Positions 26,252 to 33,886 of a stretch of DNA of 33,886 bases are shown one piece after another. A program made the position numbers and the translations under genes. Position 1 is the stretch's first letter. Every line of letters starts with the position of its first letter. The notes under the pieces are model-generated. The model ran no database searches. It was not told the origin of the DNA and saw only the letters and a program-made list of their open reading frames with translations. Source of the stretch: a virus (Duplodnaviria > Caudoviricetes); IMG/VR virus record IMGVR_UViG_3300014167_000007, positions 1 through 33,886 of that record; one strand, 5' to 3'.

Positions 26252-27384
26252 TGCGCAAGACCTCACTCGCGCTTTTTATCCTGCTCGGATTGGCCGCTCT
26301 ATGCTGCTTCGGTCAGGGCCTGGCGCACTCGCCCGCGTACCGCGCCGCGGCAGTCCCCATCACAACCGGCGGAAGCGGCAATATCTCGGTCAACGTGGAC
26401 TTCGCGGAGACTTGGCAAGGGGGCACCAATGGCAACGTCGGTGTGGAAATCGACGCGGTTACGAATGCGCTCTCATGGCGAAGCTCCTGGAGGCCGTGGA
26501 CATGGACAGGGTTGAACAGCCTGAGCGGCGGCAGTCAGACGAATCTCAACACTGCAAATACCATGCGGTTCGCGTTCACCAACGACAGCGTGCCGCCGTC
26601 GCCTTACATCACTTGGAATGTCACCGGGACGAATTTCGGAGGCGGCGCACTTGGTTACGTGCTGCGCTACAACAGCCGGACCAATGGAGTTCCGGGCATG
26701 AACCCGAGTGACACTTGGGAAGTCATCGACGGCAACCCGCCGTATTTCCCAAGTAACTCCGTGACATTCTGCAAGTTCATGACGACAGTGGACAACAGCG
26801 CCGGGGATGGAAGCTCACGCGACATCTATGTCAGCGTTTCGACCGTGGGCAGCCAGTCTTGGAGCATAAATCTTGCGCGCGGGACATCCGGAACAACTGA
26901 GTATTTTCGAATCGAGGTCGGGACAAACGGGACGGTAAACCTGCCGATACTGACGAATCGCTGGTATCTGGCCGCCGTCCTCTCCACCAATTATGTCGCC
27001 GCTGGATTCCCAAGCAACGTGGCCTATCTTTACGACATCGCCAGCAATTATGCGGTGGTGGGAGTCGTGGGAACGAATGCGGGGGTGATTGCGGCGCTCA
27101 CCGGCTACAGTCACCAGCGCTGGGGCCAGAGCGGGCACGCGCCAAGCTCGAACGTGCAGGCGAAGGCTTACGATTACTTTGGGGACTGGGCCATCCAGAT
27201 CACCAACATTGTCTGGCCTCCGGTGGTGTCCGCCGAAGGCTACTTGGACAGCCAAGGTTTCGTCCACGCGTGGGAGCCGTTGCCGTTTGCGAATCAGCAG
27301 CAGGCAGAGGCTGGCGATCCTGAGCCTGCCGACAAGCGAGAATGGCTGCCGGGTGAAACGGTGTTCATTAGAGCATTGAAATGA
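26251..27384 (+). CDS. Signal-peptide-bearing beta-sandwich (lectin/LamG-like) protein
   Basis: MRKTSLALFILLGLAALCCFG|Q; 'ILTNRWYLAAV' resembles the LamG W-Y/H strand. Confidence 0.65.
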   Translation: MRKTSLALFILLGLAALCCFGQGLAHSPAYRAAAVPITTGGSGNISVNVDFAETWQGGTNGNVGVEIDAVTNALSWRSSWRPWTWTGLNSLSGGSQTNLNTANTMRFAFTNDSVPPSPYITWNVTGTNFGGGALGYVLRYNSRTNGVPGMNPSDTWEVIDGNPPYFPSNSVTFCKFMTTVDNSAGDGSSRDIYVSVSTVGSQSWSINLARGTSGTTEYFRIEVGTNGTVNLPILTNRWYLAAVLSTNYVAAGFPSNVAYLYDIASNYAVVGVVGTNAGVIAALTGYSHQRWGQSGHAPSSNVQAKAYDYFGDWAIQITNIVWPPVVSAEGYLDSQGFVHAWEPLPFANQQQAEAGDPEPADKREWLPGETVFIRALK

Positions 27385-27800
27385 CAAACCAATCAAGCGA
27401 AGGTTTCTATATGATAAAACAAGCGACAGCGTTGTTTGATGCAGTGACCGCCGGGCCGCTGTGGATCATCATCGCGGCCGTGGCCATCTGCCTTTCGCTT
27501 TTCCTGACCTGGCTCAGGTGGTTTCCGAATCAAGCCGTGGCACCGACTATCGTGGTCGTTTCGACGCTGCTTTACGGGCTGCTTGGGGATCCGAAAGTTT
27601 ACGGGCCGAACCAGCGCTATCCGGTCTTGATGCTGATGCTCACCGGATTTATTTTGGGAACGGCTGCCTGGGTGTCGCATGTGGCGGTGCTTGCCGCGGC
27701 GAGGCGCAAGCTGGCCGCCATCCTGCCGGGATTCGGGAACGGAGATTCTGAAAATAACCAACCAACGAAAGAAGACAAAAATGCAAACGACAAAACATGA
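27381..27800 (+). CDS. Holin-like membrane protein (three TM segments)
   Basis: Three hydrophobic helices and a charged tail; follows tail genes; start may be 27411. Confidence 0.55.
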   Translation: MTNQSSEGFYMIKQATALFDAVTAGPLWIIIAAVAICLSLFLTWLRWFPNQAVAPTIVVVSTLLYGLLGDPKVYGPNQRYPVLMLMLTGFILGTAAWVSHVAVLAAARRKLAAILPGFGNGDSENNQPTKEDKNANDKT

Positions 27801-28335
27801 CACTCGCAGCACTGACACGGCCTTTTCCAAGCTCGCCAAACGCGCGCCGAATTTGACCGGCTATAGCATCCTGGGGCTGATAAGTTTCAGCCTCCTGGCA
27901 CTCCTGATATTCATCGGCATTGCCATCCGTCGCGGCTGCCTCGTGGCCCTGCTCGGCATCGGGCTTTTACTCGGGCTGGCGGAAGCCCGGGCGCAAACTC
28001 CCGCAACCACGTCCACGAATCCCCCGGCGACCGCCCCGGCAACCTTCGTGGATTCGCTCAAGACCTACTTTGGGTCATTCGACACCAACTCGACCACGTT
28101 CAAGAAGGCGAACGAGATCGACGTGATGGTCAGCGCCGACACGCAATCCGGAGTCACGTCGGCCGGCCTGGGACTGTCATACAACCTCTGGTCATTCGTG
28201 AGCGTGGAAGAGGTGACGCGCAATGCGGGCATCGGCGGGACCATCTGCGGACAAATCCCCGGCTCCCGAATCCGCGTCCGCCGCTTCACACACGTAAAAT
28301 TTGCAAATTTGCATGCGGTCAACTCTCAACCATAA
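27781..28335 (+). CDS. Membrane/exported protein, possibly C-terminally truncated
   Basis: Two hydrophobic segments, ARA|Q site, Pro/Thr linker, amphipathic beta strands 'AGLGLSYNLW'. Confidence 0.55.
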   Translation: MQTTKHDTRSTDTAFSKLAKRAPNLTGYSILGLISFSLLALLIFIGIAIRRGCLVALLGIGLLLGLAEARAQTPATTSTNPPATAPATFVDSLKTYFGSFDTNSTTFKKANEIDVMVSADTQSGVTSAGLGLSYNLWSFVSVEEVTRNAGIGGTICGQIPGSRIRVRRFTHVKFANLHAVNSQP

Positions 28336-28354
28336 ACTCAAAACCAACTCCCCC

Positions 28355-28630
28355 ATGAAACAAATCCTCACTGTCCTTTCCCTCCTGGCCGCCGTCGTCC
28401 TGACCGGCTGCATCAGCGGCTGCTCGACCACCAATATATCCGAACTCACCAAAGCGCTGGCCAACGATCCCGCCACCGTCCAGGTGAACGTCAGCTCGAT
28501 CTACGGCACGCTGCGCTTCACGCGCGTCGGCGGCCAGTCTGTTGGCAGCAAAACCACCGTCGCGCCCGACGGGACCATCACGATGACCCCGGCCGAGGCC
28601 GCGCCCGTGGTGGCCCCGGCCGCGAAGTAA
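28355..28630 (+). CDS. Small lipoprotein (spanin-like position)
   Basis: MKQILTVLSLLAAVVLTG|C lipobox. Confidence 0.7.
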   Translation: MKQILTVLSLLAAVVLTGCISGCSTTNISELTKALANDPATVQVNVSSIYGTLRFTRVGGQSVGSKTTVAPDGTITMTPAEAAPVVAPAAK

Positions 28631-28661
28631 AAAACCTTTTTTAGCCACGGATGAAACCCGG

Positions 28662-29267
28662 ATGAACCGCGTTTTCATCTTCATCCACGGCATATTGTCA
28701 AACCCCGCCGACAGCAAGGTGTGGGACCACCGGGCGGTCTCGTGGGTGAACCGCGAGACGCCGTGGAAGGGCGACAACCTGCCGTACCGCTGCGGCGTCA
28801 TCGGCCGGGCGTTCGGGCAGGACCGGCGGATCGAGCACCTGGCGGCGCTGCTGACATACTATTCTGGTGATCAGGTTGTACTGGTCGGCCACAGCAACGG
28901 TTGCGACATCGCGGTCAAGGCGCTGAGCCAGTGCGGGGCCATCGTGTCAACCCTGCACCTGTTCAATGCGGCCACGTCACCGGACTGGCAGCACAACGGG
29001 ATGAACGACGCGATGAAGAGCGGGCGGCTTGGGCGCGCGGTGATTTACTGCGCCGGCCGGGACACGGCCCTGGCGATCGTGCATGACAACCCGCTGGCGC
29101 GCTGGCTGGGGTATGGGACGCTCGGCATTCACGGGCCGCGGAAAGTTTCAGCGCTGGTGAGTGGGCGCGTGTGCGCCGTGCGGGAGGGAGTGTGGCGGAG
29201 CTACGGGCATTCAACATGCTGGGCAGAATCGAACTTCGATGCGACCATGCGATTGATTGCCGCGTGA
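28662..29267 (+). CDS. Alpha/beta hydrolase (esterase/lipase-like)
   Basis: 'FIFIHG' oxyanion motif, 'VVLVGHSNG' nucleophile elbow, Asp in 'GRDTAL', C-terminal 'YGHS'. Confidence 0.85.
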   Translation: MNRVFIFIHGILSNPADSKVWDHRAVSWVNRETPWKGDNLPYRCGVIGRAFGQDRRIEHLAALLTYYSGDQVVLVGHSNGCDIAVKALSQCGAIVSTLHLFNAATSPDWQHNGMNDAMKSGRLGRAVIYCAGRDTALAIVHDNPLARWLGYGTLGIHGPRKVSALVSGRVCAVREGVWRSYGHSTCWAESNFDATMRLIAA

Positions 29268-29349
29268 TTTTCGCTGGCAGGCACGGTGCCCGGTGAGCCT
29301 CATAAACTCCGCCGCCCGCAACCAAGTCCAGCAAAAGTGAGGTTTGAGC

Positions 29350-29721
29350 ATGCTTTTCAGGCATGCTGAGCATAACAAAAAAGTATGCTCGCTTGTAATA
29401 AAATCTATTGACGCGCAACACGGGACGTGCGAAGCTTACACCAGATCGAAGGGCGAAGAGCCCGACGGTCAGGAAATGGAAAAGATTATGAGCGGAAGCA
29501 GCAAAACAGAGCGGGTGTTGGAGCATCTGGCTGGATTATTCGACGTAAAATATCCCGGACAGGTTGATCTTAAAAACCGGGCAATGGAGCTTTACCGCAC
29601 CGCTATTTCCCGCGAGTCGGATTTCGAGTCGCAAATCACAATCAGCGGTCAGTCCGCAACTTTGCGGAACCTGATGGCGAAACACCAAGACATCTACCTG
29701 CAAATTAAAGCTCTCAAATAA
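29350..29721 (+). CDS. Hypothetical protein
   Basis: 123-aa ORF, lower GC than neighbours. Confidence 0.6.
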   Translation: MLFRHAEHNKKVCSLVIKSIDAQHGTCEAYTRSKGEEPDGQEMEKIMSGSSKTERVLEHLAGLFDVKYPGQVDLKNRAMELYRTAISRESDFESQITISGQSATLRNLMAKHQDIYLQIKALK

Positions 29722-29776
29722 GCCAATCACCCACGACGGCAGGCCGGTCAAAGCCTGCCGAAACCAACCACCAAAA

Positions 29777-30247
29777 ATGTTCCACATGGAACAATCCCAA
29801 AAAATGAGAACCATCCCACTGGCCGAAGTCCTTCAAATGGGGGACGGCGAACCCGTTCCCCGAACGCGTGGAATTCTCAAGGCGATTTTCATCCGGTTCG
29901 ATGACCGGAACGAGAATGGGCCGTGGTCAATTCAGAACGTGATCCTCTCCGACGATGGCGCGGAAGTGAAATGCGTCATCAAGGACCGACCGGCCATCAA
30001 TCCGGAGTGGCAGGGAAAGACGCTGTTTCTGATTTCCCGCGAAGAGTCGGACGGCAAAAGCCTGGGGCTCACCGTCGCTCAAGGCAGCTACGCCAACAGG
30101 GCGGCTAAAGTCCTGTTGGTGACGCCGGAAGCGACGATCATGCCCTCTGCCCCCATCGAATATCCAGATCCCGGCCCGACGCCGGAAGATGACCGGAATT
30201 GGCCGACTTCCAACCGCAACCGAAAACCCACCAACAAAAACAAATGA
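29777..30247 (+). CDS. OB-fold protein, candidate ssDNA-binding protein
   Basis: 'WSIQNVILSDDGAEVKCVI' resembles the RPA-type OB strand pattern; adjacent to bet. Confidence 0.55.
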   Translation: MFHMEQSQKMRTIPLAEVLQMGDGEPVPRTRGILKAIFIRFDDRNENGPWSIQNVILSDDGAEVKCVIKDRPAINPEWQGKTLFLISREESDGKSLGLTVAQGSYANRAAKVLLVTPEATIMPSAPIEYPDPGPTPEDDRNWPTSNRNRKPTNKNK

Positions 30248-31239
30248 GCACACAAGCAGTCCAGACAACCGAAAAGGAGATGTCCTACGTCCCATACGCG
30301 GGTGTGGACAAAATCAAGCTGACCGTCAGCATCGTTCAAAACCTCATCGCCGTCCCGACCCGGAGCGGCAAGACATGTTCGCCGAAAGATGCCATCAAAT
30401 TCATGATGCTGTGCGAGGCGCAACGGTTGAACCCGTTCGCCGGGGATGCTTACCTCGTGGGGTATGACAACCAGAAGAGCGGGCAGGCCACATTCTCACT
30501 CATCACCGCGCACGTCGCCCTGCTAAAACGGGCGGAGGGTTCGGAGTATTTCGAGGGCATGGAAAGCGGCATCATCCTCAAGGATGACAACGGGCATGTC
30601 ACCGAACGCGAGGGGGATTTCCATCTCCCGGAAGAAATCGTCATGGGAGGATGGGCGCGGGTTTACCGCAAGGGCCGGAAGTCAACCTATCGTCGGCTGG
30701 CCATCACGCAGCGCCGGCCAGCTTACGAAACTCCGTTCTGGCAGGGGGACAAGGCGAGCGAACAAATCGTGAAATGCGCTGAATCGGATGCTCTCCGCGC
30801 CGCGTTCCCCTCTCTAATGGGCGGACTTTACACCGAAGGTGAGCACGGCCGGGCCGTTATCGACGTTTCCACCGTCCCGACTGACCTGCCCGCCGCGGGA
30901 AGCAGGCTCGTTTCCTTCGCTCCACAGGCGGATGCCGCACCCGAACCACACTCAGATGGCGGGAGGCAGGAGGAAAACGCGCCTACGGGCAGGGTAGAGC
31001 CAAAGCCAGCCATCCAGGAAGCCAAGCCAACCGTCCAAGATAGCCTCGCGAAGCTGGTTCTCGGCGCCGGGTTCGACTTCAACCAGTTGGTGGCGTGGGG
31101 CACTGACACTGGCAACATCCCCGACGCGGTGAGCCTGACCGGGTTTGACGACCTCCCGGATTCAGTGTGCCAACGCCTGCTCCGGGCACAGAAGGGCCTG
31201 CTCGCGGGCTTGGCGATGGTGAAGGGAGGCGGCAAGTGA
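30244..31239 (+). CDS. bet: Phage single-strand annealing recombinase, Bet/RecT family
   Basis: 'FMMLCEAQRLNPFAGDAYLVGY', 'GGWARVYRK', 'QIVKCAESDALRAAFP...GLYTEGE'. Confidence 0.9.
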   Translation: MSTQAVQTTEKEMSYVPYAGVDKIKLTVSIVQNLIAVPTRSGKTCSPKDAIKFMMLCEAQRLNPFAGDAYLVGYDNQKSGQATFSLITAHVALLKRAEGSEYFEGMESGIILKDDNGHVTEREGDFHLPEEIVMGGWARVYRKGRKSTYRRLAITQRRPAYETPFWQGDKASEQIVKCAESDALRAAFPSLMGGLYTEGEHGRAVIDVSTVPTDLPAAGSRLVSFAPQADAAPEPHSDGGRQEENAPTGRVEPKPAIQEAKPTVQDSLAKLVLGAGFDFNQLVAWGTDTGNIPDAVSLTGFDDLPDSVCQRLLRAQKGLLAGLAMVKGGGK

Positions 31240-32213
31240 GCGACACCGCTTTAATCACGCTGGATATTCAGAAATTATCCGCCGCCGTGACGCCGCAAGC
31301 CGTGGCGCTCAAGGAGGCTGCGCTGGAAGTTGCGGCGCTGATCGGCAAGGTGGACGACGCGGCGAGCAACGCCAACGCCGCCGCCGCACAGGGCGAGCTT
31401 ACGAAGATCATCAGGATGGCCGAGGTTGCGCGTAAAGCGGCCAAGGCGCCCGTCCTGGAGCTTGGCAAGGCGATTGATGCGACGATGGAGGCATTCACAG
31501 CCGATCTCAAGCAAGACGAATGGCGCATATCGAAGCTGGTTGGCGACTTCCACCAGCTTGAAGAGGCGAAGCGGAAGGCGGCTGCGGAGGCTGCTCGGCT
31601 GGAGCAGGAGCGGATTGAGAAACTGCGGCGCGACGAGGAAATGCGGATTCTCCGGGAGCAGGTTGCCCGCGAAGCCAAAGAGCGGCAGGAACGGGAAGAG
31701 GCCGAACGCAAAGTGCGCGAAGCCGCTGCGCGTGAGCAGGCCGAAAAGGACGCCGGCGCCCGCGCCATCCAGCAAGCCAAGAATGCGGCAGAACGTGAAC
31801 GGTTGGCCAAAGAACAGGCCGAACGAGACGCGCAGAACGCTCGCGCCCGAGAATTGGCCGAACGCGAAGCCATCGAACTCCGCCGTCAGCAGGAACTCGC
31901 CGCCGCCAAGACTCACGACGACCTTGACGCCGCACAGGAACGGGCCAGCCAGATGCAAGCCGAAGTACAAGCCGCGCCGATGCCCGCACCCATCCGGGCG
32001 AGCGGTCAGCGCATCGCGAAGGATTGGGACATCCAAGTGACCGACATCTGGCTCTTGGCGCGGACGCACCCCACCTGTGTAAAGATCGAGCCTCTGTTGG
32101 GTGAGATCAAGAGCCTGTTGAAGTCCGGGGCGAAGCTCTCGGGCATCACCGCAACCGAAATCACCAAGGCCGGAGTGACAACCGGCCGCATCCTGAAAGC
32201 GATTGAAATATGA
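31236..32213 (+). CDS. Long E/A/R/K coiled-coil protein, Gp157/Gam-like C-terminus
   Basis: GTGA overlap; 'EIKSLLKSGAKLSGI' terminus; next to bet. Confidence 0.65.
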   Translation: MSDTALITLDIQKLSAAVTPQAVALKEAALEVAALIGKVDDAASNANAAAAQGELTKIIRMAEVARKAAKAPVLELGKAIDATMEAFTADLKQDEWRISKLVGDFHQLEEAKRKAAAEAARLEQERIEKLRRDEEMRILREQVAREAKERQEREEAERKVREAAAREQAEKDAGARAIQQAKNAAERERLAKEQAERDAQNARARELAEREAIELRRQQELAAAKTHDDLDAAQERASQMQAEVQAAPMPAPIRASGQRIAKDWDIQVTDIWLLARTHPTCVKIEPLLGEIKSLLKSGAKLSGITATEITKAGVTTGRILKAIEI

Positions 32214-32337
32214 GCACGTTCCAGAAATGCGACCAGACAGTAAACGAGAAAGCCGCCCGAGCAATCAAAACCAAAAACACCAAATAACCACATGACCATC
32301 CCCGAAATGACGCCCGTGAAGTCCTCGCTACAATACT

Positions 32338-32685
32338 ATGAACGAAACAACTGAACCAGCAGCCGTCGCTGGCACGTTTGAAGAGCGGGCTGAAGCCGTG
32401 CTGGCCTGCACATTCTACGGCATCCACCACTGCCCCGACATCAAGAAGGTGCCTGATGAGTTCGGCCGCTGGGAGGTGAACATGGTCGGGCAGCTTTCCA
32501 CGTTCGACTCTGACCAGCTCACCCGGCTGGTGGTCGCAGCCCACCACTACTGCGTCCGCGCGAGCGTCACATACAGCGGGCCGCGCATGATCAAAATTAT
32601 GCTGCACAACCGCAAAGGCCGGACGGGCGGGTTCAGCCAGCGCCACCCGACAATGGAGGAGGCCGTCAGTGCGATCGGCCTGTGA
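32338..32685 (+). CDS. Phage hypothetical protein
   Basis: 115-aa ORF; 'LSTFDSDQLTRLVVAAH' motif. Confidence 0.7.
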   Translation: MNETTEPAAVAGTFEERAEAVLACTFYGIHHCPDIKKVPDEFGRWEVNMVGQLSTFDSDQLTRLVVAAHHYCVRASVTYSGPRMIKIMLHNRKGRTGGFSQRHPTMEEAVSAIGL

Positions 32686-32801
32686 GCGCAAAAAAACATC
32701 TTGCCGCCGACCTCCCGTGGAGACTCGGAGCACGGCAGAACCCCCGGCGCGGCGGGTTTTATTTACTGTTTGACCGCTGCGCCGGGAACTGGATTTGAAA
32801 T

Positions 32802-33083
32802 ATGAATGCGAACGAACCAGCCTTTCCTGTTTTGGCGGCTTCTGAAATACATCAGGGGCGGCTAAATGACTATGTGGCCACTCATGTAATATCAGGCGGC
32901 TTGTCAAAAAGAGAGCTTATCGCCGCGATGGTGTTGCAGGGACTGCTTTCAAATCCCACCATGAACCAGATTGAGAAATGTCAGCCTGTGGATCCCTCGC
33001 AAATCAAAAAATCGTATGTGTCATGTTCCGTTTCGATGGCCGACATTCTGCTCTCCGAACTGGAAAGGACGCAGCCAAAATGA
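32802..33083 (+). CDS. Conserved phage hypothetical protein
   Basis: 'PAFP...GLSKRELIAAMVLQGLL...ADILL' is a very common phage family pattern. Confidence 0.8.
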   Translation: MNANEPAFPVLAASEIHQGRLNDYVATHVISGGLSKRELIAAMVLQGLLSNPTMNQIEKCQPVDPSQIKKSYVSCSVSMADILLSELERTQPK

Positions 33084-33274
33084 ACACCGTCGAATGGCTG
33101 AGGCGCGGCACGGGCGGTGAAGCCAACGCGGTCAAAAACTGGCACGGCCAAATCGCAACGGCTCATTGCGGCAAAATCATCACGGGTTTCCGAGAGACCC
33201 CTTTGCAAATAAAAAAATGCAAACGCTGCGTGCGGGCGCTCAAATTCGCCGCGGCGAGAAAAGCAACGGCATGA
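33080..33274 (+). CDS. Small Cys/His (zinc-binding-like) protein
   Basis: ATGA coupling at both ends; H..CG..CxxC. Confidence 0.55.
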   Translation: MNTVEWLRRGTGGEANAVKNWHGQIATAHCGKIITGFRETPLQIKKCKRCVRALKFAAARKATA

Positions 33275-33474
33275 CCTCGAACACCAGACGTAAAGTGGCC
33301 ACACTCAAAAAACGCCGCGTGTGTCAGAACTCGACCCTGAAAGAATCGAAGCTGGTTGAGGAAATTCGCCGCCATCTAGCCAAAGGCCGCTCCATTGAGA
33401 CCATCTGCGTCTGGATGGAACTGCTCGGGATTGAACTGCCCGAGAGCCGGGTAAGGGAACTGCTGGCGAAATAA
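33271..33474 (+). CDS. Small basic hypothetical protein
   Basis: ATGA-coupled start. Confidence 0.5.
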   Translation: MTSNTRRKVATLKKRRVCQNSTLKESKLVEEIRRHLAKGRSIETICVWMELLGIELPESRVRELLAK

Positions 33475-33512
33475 TTAGAACGACGGAAAATAAAACAAAC
33501 CAACAGAAAACC

Positions 33513-33851
33513 ATGATAAACATTGAAGAAATCACCATCGGAGACGCCCGCAAACTGGCGGCTCTTTTCGGAAACCAACCGCAGCAAACGGAGTCGCCTT
33601 ATCGCATCGGAGGAAAATACTTCATCCGCACGGTGACTCATCACCACACTGGCCGATTGGTCCGGGTGACTGGACAGGAGCTTGTCCTTGAGGATGCCGC
33701 GTGGATTGCGGATGACGGCAGGCTGACTCAGGCTTTGGCCACAGGCACTTTCGGCGAGGTTGAAATGTTCCCAAAAGGGCCGGTGATTATCGGGCGCGCC
33801 AGCGTGATTGATGCCGTGGAAATTTCCACCATCCCGGAGAGTCAGAAGTGA
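33513..33851 (+). CDS. Sm/SH3-like beta-barrel phage protein (DUF6948-like)
   Basis: 'IGGKYFIRTVTHHHTGRL..V...ELVLEDAAWI' pattern; A/C-rich leader. Confidence 0.75.
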   Translation: MINIEEITIGDARKLAALFGNQPQQTESPYRIGGKYFIRTVTHHHTGRLVRVTGQELVLEDAAWIADDGRLTQALATGTFGEVEMFPKGPVIIGRASVIDAVEISTIPESQK

Positions 33852-33886
33852 ATGCGGCGATTCTGATGGAAGGTCTCGACCGGTCG
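33848..33886 (+). CDS. Partial gene running off the window
   Basis: GTGA overlap; MNAAILMEGLDRS open to the end. Confidence 0.45.
   Translation, partial: MNAAILMEGLDRS

Noticed and set aside
22032-27384. Diversity-generating retroelement or invertible fibre cassette
   Set aside because: No reverse transcriptase or invertase, and no template/variable repeat pair seen by eye
28645-28666. CGGATGAA tandem pair resembling short intergenic host repeats
   Set aside because: Only two short copies; cannot be assigned without a host genome search
29275-29290. Second GG-N10-GC element (TGGCAGGCACGGTGCC)
   Set aside because: Poorer consensus match and no adjacent dyad sites; plausible by chance in GC-rich DNA
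29290-29310. CTCATAA resembling a tRNA-Met anticodon loop
   Set aside because: Anticodon stem is mismatched and no T-arm (GTTC) or acceptor stem can be built

Overview
The whole 33.9-kb window is part of a tailed (lambda-like, probably siphovirus) phage or prophage genome, with essentially all credible genes on the + strand. Gene order: small early/accessory genes including a Cro-like HTH, a ParB-like protein and a structured leader RNA (1-4337); a motif-dense non-coding region enclosing a two-gene unit with a sigma54-type promoter and a probable cos site (4340-5950); a sigma-region-4-like HTH protein; lambda-type terS/terL; head-tail adaptor; lambda-type portal; protease-capsid fusion; tail genes with a short tape measure; three large adhesin/fibre-like proteins; a membrane/lipoprotein/alpha-beta-hydrolase cluster where lysis genes are expected; then an OB-fold protein, Bet recombinase and small early genes. 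No integrase, polymerase, primase, canonical endolysin, CRISPR array or RNA gene is recognisable. The most unusual signal is that the gene directly after the capsid and all three fibre-position genes encode Sec-type signal peptides, a Gln at +1 and a strong Thr-Asn dipeptide bias that the neighbouring cytoplasmic baseplate-like protein lacks. This suggests virion surface proteins routed through the host envelope (inference). Other notable signals are a five-copy late-promoter-like motif (TTGACTT-N5/6-(C/A)AA-N3-TGA), TGTCC-N7-GGACA sites beside a sigma54 promoter, and a P4 CI/P1 C4-like RNA fold. A Verrucomicrobia/PVC-type host is a guess from leader and protein composition. All family assignments come from motif recognition by eye, not database searches.
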